Source: Macrostomum lignano
Lineage: Eukaryota
Length of the DNA stretch: 64,000 bases
Reading direction: 5' to 3'
Assembly (NCBI GenBank): GCA_002269645.1
Contig: NIVC01000822.1
Span: forward strand, 1 to 64,000
Notes under the pieces: model-generated
Told to the model about the DNA's origin: nothing
What the model saw: only the letters and a program-made list of their open reading frames with translations
The model's database searches: none
Translations under genes and position numbers: made by a program
In this document: positions 25,500 through 37,500 of the stretch, piece after piece
Numbering within the stretch: the stretch's first letter is position 1
Layout of the letters: each line of letters opens with the position of its first letter

Positions 25500-25649
25500 T
25501 GTTTGCCTGCCGAAAAGGTGGCCTTTGTGTGGCTTTGTTTGCTCAATATACTTATTAGTCAATATTGGGGTGGGGGTGATTGGTCGAGAATTGGTAAACA
25601 AGTTTAGGCGAGTCATGAATAATGTGGGCAGAGAGCGTAACGGCCTACA
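25500..25649 (-). repeat. 5' LTR of the Gypsy element (150 bp)
   Basis: Begins TGTAGGCCG, ends GGCAAACA, followed by T-TGGCATCG (putative PBS). Confidence 0.82.
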
Positions 25650-26300
25650 GTATAGTACTATCGAGTGTTGATGGACGGAAAGTATATATAGGATCAGATC
25701 TCCGATTTTGATGTGAGTGAGTCTTTAGCGCCAAAACCAGTGTTTTAATACCGCATCCAACCACAGCCAGATCTATAATATAAATCGGTATATGCATTTG
25801 AAGCCCTGGAATTTAAGACCATGGACTCTTAGCAACCGATACACAGATGATTTTAATCTGAGAGCTGAGAAAACGTCAGCCCGCCATATCACATCAGAGT
25901 AGAATCTCAGTTCTGATTAAAGCCTCTGTCCTTGCTGCGCCCTGAAGCCAACAAGACCATCTTCTGGGTTGAGTATTTCGCTCCTAGCGAAAAGAGCTCG
26001 GTCCCAGCTCCTACAGTATGCCAATCCGGCACGTAACGGCTGTAGCGAGCTGCGAAAATAAAAGCCGGAGCTAACAAGCAGCTTTGTTCAGGCATGTCTG
26101 ATTTTTTTCAGAACAACAAATTAAAGCTCCATTGATTTTCAAGCAAATACAAAGTTATGCTTAAGCAAGATTTCATCAATCCAGTAGTGATCCAACGATG
26201 CGCTGTTTTAAATCCAACTCGAACTGAAAATGGTTTTCTGCCATTACGAGTGTAAAGCTTTGCGGAATTCTCGAATTTTAATAAAGCTGCTTCTGCCTGT

Positions 26301-26718
26301 GCAGTGAGGAGCACCCGTCATTAGTGCAGTGAGGAGCACCCGTCATTAGTGCAGCGAGGAGCACCCGTCATTAGTGCATCGAGGAGCACCCGTCATTAGT
26401 GCAGTGAGGAGCACCCGTCATTAGTGCAGCGAGGAGCACCCGTCATTAGTGCAGCGAGGAGCACCCGTCATTAGTGCAGCGAGGAGCACCCGTCATTAGT
26501 GCAGCGAGGAGCACCCGTCATTAGTGCAGCGAGGAGCACCCGTCATTAGTGCAGCGAGGAGCACCCGTCATTAGTGCAGCGAGGAGCACCCGTCATTAGT
26601 GCAGCGAGGAGCACCCGTCATTAGTGCAGCGAGGAGCACCCGTCATTAGTGCAGCGAGGAGCAGCCGTCATTAGTGCAGCGAGGAGCACCCGTCATTAGT
26701 GCTGTGAGGAGCACCCAA
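26301..26718. repeat. 25-bp minisatellite (~16-17 copies)
   Basis: Unit GCAGCGAGGAGCACCCGTCATTAGT, downstream of the collagen stop. Confidence 0.97.
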
Positions 26719-26963
26719 TAAGTTTTGCTTGTCCCACTAGAATCAATCCAGGAAAGCAGGTAATTTTGACAACTATGGCAGATGGTAGTTTAATAATTGA
26801 TAAGACCTAGATTTAATCGTATATATACTTTGTTATGTAGACCAATGCCTTGTGATTAAAACTGCTACAATAAACAGTGAAAAAACTTGGAGTCATGATA
26901 AATTCTATTTGATTACTAGTCGCAACACATGCTCATTAGTAGTCTGTGCGGGTCTGGCGCCCC

Positions 26964-29900
26964 TTAGTAAAAGCAGGCGTCGCCCAGCTCGATGCCGAAT
27001 TCGGAGGCGCTGACGAGGCCGAGGTCTCGGATGGGCAGTCGCGCCGGTCGCGTGTTGAAGGCCACGGTGGTCTCCGCCCAGCTGCTCTTGCCGTAGCGAC
27101 AGTCGTCCTGCACCACCGAGTAGCCCAGCTTTCTGTTAAAGCGGCTCAGCACCCGCCCCGAGTCCGTGAAGAAGCGGACGGGGTTGGCCACGCCTGAAAC
27201 CACCGGCATTCCGCTGCAGGTGATCGTCAGCTGCTGACTGGCGCGCACCGACCACAGCTGCAGCGCCTGCAGCTGGCTGCCCTCCACCGAGTAGCCGAAC
27301 TGCGGAGCGGCGGGGCCGGGAGCTCTCGATTGTGAGGAGTGTGGGGCCGGGGCTCTCGGTTGTGAGCAGTGTGGGGCCGGGGCTCTCGATTGTGAGCAGT
27401 GTGGGGCAGAGGCTCTCGATTGTGAGCAGTGTGGGGTGGGGGCTCTCGATTGTGAGCAGTGTGGGGCAGAGGCTCTCGGTTGTGATCAGTGTGGGGCAGA
27501 GGCTCTCGGTTGTGAGCAGTGTGGGGCCGGGGCTCTCAGCGTGGGGGTATCCGGTATATGCTTAACCAACTCGACTTATAGCCCAACTAAAAACGTTAGT
27601 TATATACGAGTAATTATATATTTGGGCTTGAATGTTGGATAGAAATAGGTGTGCAAAAATAAGGGTTTTAGACAATAAATAACTCATTGCTCATTCTACA
27701 AATCTCATAATCTCGAAAGCACAGTTTAAAATAAAAGTCGAGCCCGACACCCACCTCTTTGTTGGTATCGGAGAACCAGCTGTGCCGATCGGTGCGCCTG
27801 GCCAGCCACTGCCGCCGCCCGGACACCGGCCTGGCCGAAACGCAAGTCTGCTTACGAGAGCGCACGCAGCGCGCCCGGACAGCGTCCGATACTCGACCTC
27901 CGTTAGGGTCGATCCAGTAGGTGCCTGCGGAGCGTTTGGAGGCCTGACCTGACTATCTAGCTGGTCTGACCTGACTATCTAGCTGGTCTGACCTGACTAT
28001 CTAGCTGGTCTGACCTGACTATCTAGCTGGTCTGACCTGACTATCTAGCTGGTCTGACCTGACTATCTAGCTGGTCTGACCTGACTATCTAGCTGGTCTG
28101 ACCTGACTATCTAGCTGGTCTGACCTGAATATCTAGCTGGTCTGACCTGACTATCTAGCTGGTCTGACCTGAATATCTAACTGGTCTGACCTGAATATCT
28201 AGCTGGTCTGACCTGAATATCTAGCTGCAGTCAGACCTGAATATCTAGCTGGTCTGACCTGACTATCTAGCTGGTCTGACCTGACTATCTAGCTGGTCTG
28301 ACCTGACTATCTAGCTGGTCTGACTTACTTTCTAGTGGATCTTGGATAGTCATCAAATGTTTTTGGCATCGGCTCACCGTCTGGAAGGCTGGGCCGGCTC
28401 TCGAACAGGTGCCGGCAGGTGAGTGCGGGCTTCTCTCGGCTTCCATCCGGTTCCCCGATTGCCTGCGGGGTTGAACGAGTGGATTGGAGGATGGGTGAGA
28501 GGCGGGAGGATGGGTGTAGAGATTAAGGGCCAGGCGAGTGGATAGGCCGGATGGATGGACAGATGAGGGCCGAATGCATTTGCTGATCGGTCAAATGCAT
28601 GGGGTCAGCGGCTGATGGGGTCAGCGGCTGATGGGGTCAGGGGCTGATGGGGTCAGCGGCTGATGGGGTCAGCGGCTGATGGGGTCAGCGGCTGATGGGG
28701 TCAGCGGCTGATGGGGTCAGGGGCTGATCATGTCAGGGGTGGATGGGGTCAGGGGTGGATGGGGTCAGGGGTGGATGGGGTCAGGGGTGGATGGGGTCAG
28801 GGATGGATGTGGTCAGCCGTGGGTGGGGCTAGGGATTGATGGGGTCAGTGGCTGATGATGTCAGGGGTGGATGGGGTCAGGGGTGGATGGGGTCAGGGGT
28901 GGATGGGGTCAGGGGTGGATGTGGTCAGCGGTGGGTGGGGCTAGGGATTGATGGGGTCAGTGGCTGATGATGTCAGGGGTGGATGGGGTCAGGTGTGAAT
29001 GGCGTCAGGGGCTGATGATGTCAGGGGTGGATGGGGTCAGGGGTGGATGGGGTCAGGGGTGGATGTGGTCGGAAGCTGGATGGACGCACCAGCGTAGAGT
29101 GGCATGCCAAACTGGCGACACCTCATCGGGATGGCTTCAGTAACCCGCGCAGGGCCAAGGCCTCCAAACTCACCTCGCTTCCGAATCGCGCGTCGGGTGC
29201 CTGGTCCGCTGCCATCTGGCCTCCACCGCCCACCTGGACCACCCGGATGGGTCCTGGCGGCCCAGGCGGTCCCACTTCACCAGCCGCGCCCAGAAAGCCA
29301 GTCTCGCCACGCTCTCCGGCCGGTCCTGGGCTGCCTGGATACCCTGGCGGACCAGGTGGCCCCACAGGACCCGTCGGTCCCGCATTGCCAGCCGGCCCCG
29401 TGGTGCCGGGGTCGCCGCGTTTTCCACGAGGTCCCTGCTCTCCCTTGTGGCCCTTGATGCCGGCCACTCCCGCCGGGCCGGGGAACCCCGTCGCTCCCGG
29501 GTCGCCCTTGTCGCCGGCGCTGCCCTTCGGTCCCTGCTGGCCTATGGCACCCTGGTCGCCCTTTTCTCCCTTTGGCCCGTCCGGCCCCTTGTCGCCCAGC
29601 TGGCCCGGCAGGCCCTCGTGTCCCGCCTGGCCTTTCTCTCCCGGCGCGCCCGCAGGCCCGGGCGATCCCAGCTGTCCTGTCGGACCCTGGCTGCCTGGAG
29701 GACCGTCAGGACCCTCGGGTCCCTTGTCGCCCTTGTCGCCCGAAACTCCTTGGAGGCCACGATCGCCGGTCAGGCCCTGGTAGCCCCGCAGTCCAGCTTG
29801 GCCTTGTGGACCCTGCAATTGGATTGCAGTTCGGTTTGCTGAGTCTGTCTGGTGCTGGGAGAGTAAAACGTTTCTATCGCCTCACCGGCTCGCCCTTCTC

Positions 29901-32900
29901 GCCCTTTGCACCACTGTCGCCGTTTCCGCCGGGTTGGCCGCGTTCCCCCACGGGACCCGCCTCGCCCTTGGTGCCCTGCGGCCCGGGCTCGCCAGGGCTG
30001 CCAGTGGGGCCTCGGCGGCCCATGAGACCGACCGGTCCGGGGGCGCCGGTGTCGCCCGCCTTGCCCGGATCGCCTTTTGGTCCCGGCGTGCCGCGCTCGC
30101 CCTGGTCACCCCGCGGCCCCGTGGCTCCATCGCGGCCTTTCGATCCGGGCTCGCCCACGGCGCCCTGCTTGCCCGGTGGCCCTTGGCGGCCTGGCGAGCC
30201 GGGGCTGCCTGCCGCACCGGGGAAGCCTCGCTCACCAACTGGGCCGCGTTCACCAGCCGCGCCAGCGAGACCGGGGGCGCCGTCTTTGCCGGGCTTTCCC
30301 TTGGCGCCTTGCGGTCCACGTTCGCCTTGCGCTCCGGGGCTACCGGGGCTGCCAGTCGCTCCGTCAGGTCCCGCGTCTCCTCCGGTGCCGGGGTCTCCCG
30401 GCTCGCCCTTGAGGCCCATCGGGCCCTGAGAGCCGTCCGGGCCCTGCGGCCCCGGCTGACCTGGTGGTCCCGGCTCTCCGTCCTTGCCACGGGCTCCATC
30501 TTTGCCGTCGCGGCCTGGTGGTCCTCGGGGTCCCGGGTCGCCTGGTGGCCCACGAGGTGGAGGCGCCTGCCCTGTGGCCTGACGGCGGAACCGCGTGGTC
30601 GAGGGTACCCGGAAGTCCTGGCCTGGAGTGCCGCGATCTCCCTGTTTTGTTGGTGGTTATTTATTAGTCTACTGGAGTTGCGTTTATTTGCTTTATTCGT
30701 GCGATATTCATTGCGAAAATTTGCACTTTAATGCAAGAAGTTGTTTTAATCAGATTAACAAAAAATTTGCACTCGCCTTCTCGCCGTCTTCGCCTTGCGC
30801 TCCTTTGATGCCCTTGTCGCCTCGTTCACCTGCAGCGCCAGGAGAGCCCTTGGCTCCGGGAAGTCCGACAGGTCCGGTAGGCCCCTGCAACCGGAATCGG
30901 GCCCTGGTCACTTTCTCAGCCCGGCACGTCAGTCGTATCTGTCTTATCTGACTCAACAGTCCCTATTTCTATTTTTCCCGGTTTTCCTTGCCACTTTCAA
31001 ACACATTCTTTAGCAGAGCGCACATCTCCATTTCAAATCAAGAGGCCCACGACATGCGACGACGCACCGTTCTGCCAGGCGCTCCCTCCTTGCCCTCAGC
31101 CCCGGTGCTTCCGGGCGGTCCTTGGTCTCCCTTGTCGCCCTGCTGTCCGGTCGCTCCTGCAGGCCCTTTGTCGCCCTGCTCGCCCTTCGGTCCGAGGCCA
31201 CCTGCGATTCCTTGCTCGCCCTTCGGCCCGGGGTCGCCAGCCAGTCCCTGCGGCCCCTGCGATCCCGCCGGACCCGCCACTCCGCGGCCGCCCATCGGTC
31301 CAGCGGGCCCCGTCAGGCCGGGCCGGCCCTCCGGACCTGGTGGGCCCGGATCGCCGCGCTTGCCTGCGGGCCCAGGCGGCCCGTTCCGCCCGTGAGGTCC
31401 GGGTGGTCCGGACTCGCCGGGGGAGCCTGCAGCTCCCTGCTTTCCCGGCTCGCCTGGCCTGCCCACAGCTCCGGTCTCGCCCGATACGCCTTCCGGTCCG
31501 GTCTGACCTTGCGGACCCTGCGGCCCCTGCAGGCCGGGACTGCCACGCTCGCCTGGCTTGCCTTCGACGCCCTGCTCGCCGCGCTCGCCCTGTGGCCCGG
31601 GAGCGCCGTCCGTCCCCGGCTCACCGGCCAGTCCCGGTGGCCCCATGGAGCCAGGGAGACCCTCAGAGCCCGGCTTGCCGGAACGGCCCGGGGAGCCACG
31701 CTCGCCCTTCGGTCCAGTTGCCCCGGGTGCACCGCGGATGCCGGCGGAGCCGTCGGGACCTCGAAGGCCGGGCTGGCCGGAAATGCCTGGCGGGCCGTCA
31801 TCGCCGCGGGACCCACGCGCGCCCGACGAACCGTCCCGACCCTGGGCGGAATAATGCGGTCGGAGATGCTGGATAGCCATGTTTTATCAGTAAGTTCTGT
31901 GACAGAGTTGAATTTCAGGAACCCCCGGGGCTATTGTAAATCATCGACACTGAAAAGCATTTTCGAACCTTTGAGCCCTTGTCGCCTTTGTCTCCTCGCT
32001 CGCCTTTAGCGCCGGCGGCTCCGGGAGTTCCCGGCTGGCCTGGCGCCCCCGCGCCTCCGGTTGGACCCGGCACGCCCGGGTAGCCGCGCGGTCCGGGGCC
32101 GCCCGGGCCGCCCGGGCTGCCCACCGGGCCGACAAGTCCGGTCGGCCCCGCGGGCCCCACCTTGCCTTTGCTCCCTTTGTCACCCCTTTGACCAGCCGCG
32201 CCCGCGGCACCGGCCTGTCCCGCTACGCCGCGCTCGCCGGGCTGTCCGGGCAGTCCGGGTGCACCGGCTGGTCCATCTCGTCCGGGAAAGCCGATCTCAC
32301 CCGGTTCGCCCTTGTGTCCGTGCAGGCCCGGGAATCCGGGTGAGCCGTCAAATCCACGCGGGCCCGGCGGGCCTGTTGGGCCCTCGGCGCCGCGGTCGCC
32401 CGACCGGCCTGCGTCTCCCGGCTCGCCCAACTGACCCTTGGCGCCAGGATCACCCGGGGCGCCGCGCAAACCGCGCTCGCCCGGAGCGCCGTCGGGGCCG
32501 CCTGAACCCGGATTTCCAATTTCACCTCTGGGGGTAAAGGGAAGGTTTAGGGTTATTGTGTAATAGTGTGAAGTAATAGTGTAGAGTAGTGGAATACATC
32601 GGAATTAGCGCCGAAAAGACCGATCGAACGAGAGATTCAATTGAGCCCATGCAGGCAAAACTGCTTGACACTTTTGTGTCACCCAAGGCTCAGCATAGGA
32701 TTAAGAATTCGCATCAGCATGTGTTTTAATTGGAACCATCAAAGTTTCGCTACTGACTCATAAATGGAAATAGAGACTTCTGGCCCCGATTATCTCGCCA
32801 AAACCCTTTCAAGAAAGTAGAAGTATTGGGCGACTTACTTGAATCCCTTCTCGCCCTTCTCTCCCGCTGGCCCCTCTGGACCCCGCGATCCGGGCGAGCC

Positions 32901-33490
32901 GCTGAATCCTTTGTCGCCGTCGCGGCCCCTGTCGCCTTTTGGACCGCGCGGCCCGGCGTCGCCCTGAGGCCCCACGTCGCCCTTCTCCCCCGGAGGTCCG
33001 GTGTCGCCCTTGTCGCCCGGTAGCCCGTGCGGTCCGGGGCTGCCCGGCTGACCAGGCCGTCCGGCAGGTCCTGGCTGGCCTGGCGGCCCGGGGTCACCTC
33101 GAGGTCCTGGCGGGCCGGCTGGACCGGCCACTACGGAACCGGCCTGGCGGCGGACGCGGGTTTGGGTCGGCGGCTCCACGGCTGCGATGAGATGGAGGTG
33201 GCTGCATTTAAACGGTGCTTGATGCTGCTATCGATTATCTTCGAGCTACATGCGGCAAATCTCAGGAATTAGATTTGGCTTTAATGACAAGATCAAATGG
33301 CGGAAATCGGAGATCAGCAGAGGGAACAGGGGCGGAGAGCTGGCGGGTAAGGGAGCTGAGGAGCAGTCACAGCAACAGGAGAGACTTCTAAGGAAGACAA
33401 TTGGTTTTCAGCGGCCTCACCAACTGAAAGAACAGCTGTGGGTAGCAGCATCATGAGAATTATCAGGATGCTGCGCAGTTGATGCCTCAT
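26964..33490 (-). CDS. Fibrillar collagen alpha chain (signal peptide, bipartite Gly-X-Y helix, COLFI C-propeptide), ~1279 aa
   Basis: Ten frame-consistent exons: 33490-33421, 33181-32839, 32527-31969, 31841-31068, 30884-30777, 30641-29886, 29812-29174, 28462-28378, 27924-27755, 27299-26964 (3840 nt). COLFI motifs [39 protein letters not shown]. Confidence 0.93.
27315..27540. repeat. 30-bp minisatellite in the last collagen intron
   Basis: Unit GTGGGGCCGGGGCTCTCGATTGTGAGCAGT, next to the acceptor. Confidence 0.92.
27943..28325. repeat. 22-bp minisatellite in a collagen intron
   Basis: Unit CTGACTATCTAGCTGGTCTGAC, about 17 copies. Confidence 0.96.
28600..29070. repeat. G-rich ~16-bp minisatellite in a collagen intron
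   Basis: Units GGGGTCAGCGGCTGAT and GGGGTCAGGGGTGGAT. Confidence 0.93.
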
Positions 33491-34549
33491 TGTTGCAGAT
33501 TCTGCAGCTGCCCGAGGCTCGCTGACAAAGCAAGCTGAGTAACCGCTGATCAAGCGTCTTGTACGAAACGCTGAACCCTGCGTTCAACAGGTAAAGGAGA
33601 GAACTCCGCAGAAGCTTGCCGATTCTGGTTGGGACTCGAGCCCTGGCTGGGTTCAGCCGCTTTGAGGGTGCGGGACCGGAAGGCAACGGAAATTTGGAAA
33701 GCGGATCGATGATGTAGGAAGGGGAGGCTGGGGATGGACCGCGAAGAACTTTGCATCACGTCGCCCAGCTGATGTTCCCCCAGCCCTAGGTCAAAAATCT
33801 GCATTGACTGGCAGAAAGGGCAGCTGGAAGCTCCATCCTTCCACCTTATTTCACCCTGCGTTCCCCCACTTTTAGCGGAGGGTGTTCGGGTTCTTTTTCC
33901 AGAAATTCCCGGCTACAAAGGGATAGGCAGCGCTTTGGACGACAGCTGGGGGGGGGGTGAGGCGCACACCCAGGGACGGAACGCAGGCCCACACCCAGTT
34001 CCTCAGCCATCACCCAATAACTAAAGAGAACGCTGGCCTCTGGCTTGCGGAACGACGGTCGTGCAGTACTTTGCTAGTCAGTTCGCTGTGCATACTGGCA
34101 AGCAAGTTCTATGCGATTGCTATTCGAAAGAGCAGGATGCACTGCGGGCCACTGAACGCACTGACTGTTGAAGGTTAAATACAAGCTGCAATAAGCCACA
34201 TAGGCTCCGGCTCCAGCTCCGGCTCCGAGCCAGGGAGGAAGGAATGACACAAATGATGAAAGAATACTGAAATGAGTGTAGCACTGGGGAAGCATGGAAG
34301 TGAGTTTTACTGCTGTCTATGGCCAAGCTGCAACCCTTATTGAATCTCTTGAACGAGCCAGTTGGGCCATAGACTAAAGTTACCGATTACGCTCAGGGAA
34401 TGCAAAGCGGGAAGAAGGCGGGAAAAGCTGCGTGTAACTTACGCTTGTGACCTGGAGTTCCCTTCATGGAATTTAATAAAGTAAGCTATATTTGAACTGA
34501 AACGCGTCCACAAAACCGGCTAGATTCTAGAATTCTGCTTCATAAGAGA

Positions 34550-37500
34550 ATGTCTGGAGATTCAGAGTCCTTTCTGTTTCCTGAATCGCTCGTCCTGTGT
34601 GAGCTCCTCGTTCCGGCCGAAGTGGCCTTCGAGTGCCTGGTGGCCCTGGGAAACTTGGACGCACCCGTTCACATCGGCAGCGACGGCTCCCGCTCCACCC
34701 CGATTGTCGTGAGTTCGATCTCGGGGCCATCCAAGCACTGCCGAGACCTACTGATGACGCTGGGTTCCGTGCGGAGTCACCTGACCGCCTACGGGGAGTT
34801 CATCCGCTTGCACTGCGGCAGCGACTGGCGGCCGGACGAGTCTGAGATCGACTCGTTGGCTGCCACGCTGAAACCTAAGATGTTGTTCGACCTTGAGGTA
34901 GGAGGCAGCATGTATTTTGGTGCAAAGCTCCTGTTATGCCTGACTGGGCCATTCTTGGAGTGCAGCGTTCGCAACTGATGCCCATAAGGGCGAACACTAA
35001 AAGTGAATTAAAATTGTCAGGAGCCTGCTTGAGTGCATTCATTCATGCATGTGTACTGCGCACTTGCACTGCTCAGGGAGGCGACGGGCAGAATTGTCTC
35101 TTTCTGTGTGATAATATGTGTGTGATAATATTTTACCTTGGTGCTCACAGCCCCCATCTATGACTAGAAACCATTACAACTAATTAACCCCCTAGGCCAG
35201 CATCTGCAGCCTGCACAAAGACCTGACGGAGCTCGCCAAACTTGAGGCCGACATGAACTCAGAGTACGTCAGACTGGTGCACTTGGTGAACATTCTGGAC
35301 TGTCTGGACAATGTATTCTGGGCTGTAAGTGGATACTAGACTTAAATGTGATGCTCTTGCTTGTGCCTTCAAATTTGTAAAGCTAACCATGATCGCAGAC
35401 GAATTCGAGGGACGCGACCCCCAGGTCGGTACCAGCAATGGCGGACAAAGAGGCTGCTGGCATTCTTCTGCATGGAGGCAGCTCCACTGAGCTGGACACG
35501 AGTGCGGAATCCACTGACAGGACTCTGCCGTGAGTGCCTGGCTGGAGCTGTGTAGCGTTGGGGGGGGGGACAATGCCGTAGAGGCCTGGCTGGAGCTGTG
35601 TAGCGTTGGGGGGGGGCAATGCCGTAGAGGCCTGGCTGGAGCTGTGTAGCGTTGGGGGGGGGACAATGCCGTAGAGGCCTGGCTGGAGCTGTGTAGCGTT
35701 GGGGGGGGGGCAATGCCATAGATCCGTGAGTGCCCGGCTGGAGCTGTGTGGGGTGACGTGTGGTCTCTGTTGTGAGTGCCCGGCTGGAGCTGTGTGGGGT
35801 GACGTGTGGTCTCTGTTGTGAGTGCCCGGCTGGAGCTGTGTGGGGTGGCTAGTTACCATGCAGATACTACAGGCCCTACGCCATTAAAATTTCAGATTCA
35901 TAGTCGGCGTGGTGCCCACATCAAAGGCTCACTGTTTGCGCCTGGGCGTGTGGCGCCGATTCCATCTGACAGCTCTGTATACGGACATCCCGGTCAGGGA
36001 TCAGCGAGACCTGGTCAGCATTTTGCTAATTGCTGGCTCATTCTGAGACATCATTAAGTTCCTATCTTATCTTTTCTTTGTGTTTACCATCCTGTGTCAC
36101 ATACAAAGCAATACGCTTGTATTTTGCGAACACTCTCCGTCACCTCCACCCGATCTCAAGACTTTCCGCCTGATCTCAACGGTTTTCACCCGATCTCAAG
36201 TGGTTTCCACCCGATTTCAATGGTCTTCACCCGATCTCAATGGTTTCCATCTTATTTCAAATGGTTTCCACCCGATCTCAATGGTCTCCACCCGATCTCA
36301 GTGGTTTTCCACCCGATCTCAGTGGTTTTCCACCCGATCTCAAATGGTTTCCACCCGATATCCATCTCTTCCACCCCCAAACTCGCAGCGGGACGAGCCC
36401 GTGGAGCCGCACAACGTGTTCCTCATCGTGTCCCTGTCGGAATCGCAGAGTCGCACGGCCGAACGTCTCTGCGGCATGCTGGGCGCACAGGTGTTTTCGG
36501 TGCCGATCAGCCAGGAGGACCGCCGAAACCACTTAATGGAAACAAAGGAGAGGCTAAGCGAGATGCGCCAGGTGTTCCTGGAGGGCGAGGAGCACCGGAA
36601 GCGACTGGCGCTGAATGGTTGGACGAAGTGGCGTCGCTGGTTCGCGCAGCTGACGGCCATGCAGGCGGTGCACCGGGCGCTGGACGGCTTCAGCCGCGGC
36701 TACGGCAAGCAGTTCTACGTTGGCGAGGTCTGGTGCTCGCGCGAGGCCGTGGACTCGGTGCGGCAGGCACTGGCTGTGGGGTCCAGCAGGGCCTCCGGCC
36801 TGCACGCCACCGTCCGCCTGGTTGAGAACAGCCGGCGCAGGCCGCCGACACGGATGCCGCGGCACGAACTGACCGCCGCGGTGCGGGACCTCACCTACCA
36901 GTTTGGGGTGCCGGCTCACTGGGAAATCGATCCTACGCCCTTCACCGCCGTCACCTTTCCCTTCCTGTTTGCCATCATGTTCGCTGACTGGGGCCACGGC
37001 TTGCTGCTCATGGCGCTGGCGCTGGCGCTGTTCCTGCCGCCCGGACGCTTCCTCCACCCGGACGTGGCCCGCAGCCTGGCGCCGCTGCGGCCGGGGCGCC
37101 ACCTCCTTCTCATGTGCGCCGTTTTTGCGGTGTACTGCGGCGCCGTCCTCAACGACGGCTTCGGGCTGACCGGCGGCTGGCGCCGACACTCACAGTTCTC
37201 CATGGGCAACCTCACCTATGGGACTTTCGTTAACCAGTGAGTGGGTGCGGGACTGTGCTGGCAACCTCACCTATGGGACTTTCGTTAACCAGTGAGTGGG
37301 TGCGGGACTGTGCTGGCAACCTCACCTATGGGACTTTCGTTAACCAGTGAGTGGGTGCGGGACTGTGCTGGCAACCTCACCTATGGGACTTTCGTTAACC
37401 AGTGAGTTGGTGCGGGACTGTGCTGGCAACCTCACCTATGGGACTTTCGTTAACCAGTGAGTGGGTGCGGGACTGTGCTGGCAACCTCACCTATGGGACT

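Larger units (their letters stand above)
17290..25649 (-). mobile_element. Internally deleted Ty3/Gypsy LTR retrotransposon (gag-protease only), interrupted by a LINE
   Basis: 5' LTR 25649-25500 (TG...CA), putative PBS TGG at 25498, gag ATG at 25478, CCHC knuckle CYKCNKIGHLAKAC, protease DSG motif. The protease continues after the LINE (SRKPLATLG...IIGRETSEELGIL). A purine tract precedes the 3' LTR starting at 17427. No RT/RH/IN. Confidence 0.88.

Noticed and set aside
29031-33272. Antisense and alternative-frame ORFs over the collagen exons
   Set aside because: Shadow ORFs of GC-rich Gly-Pro codons; only the Gly-X-Y frame splices coherently.
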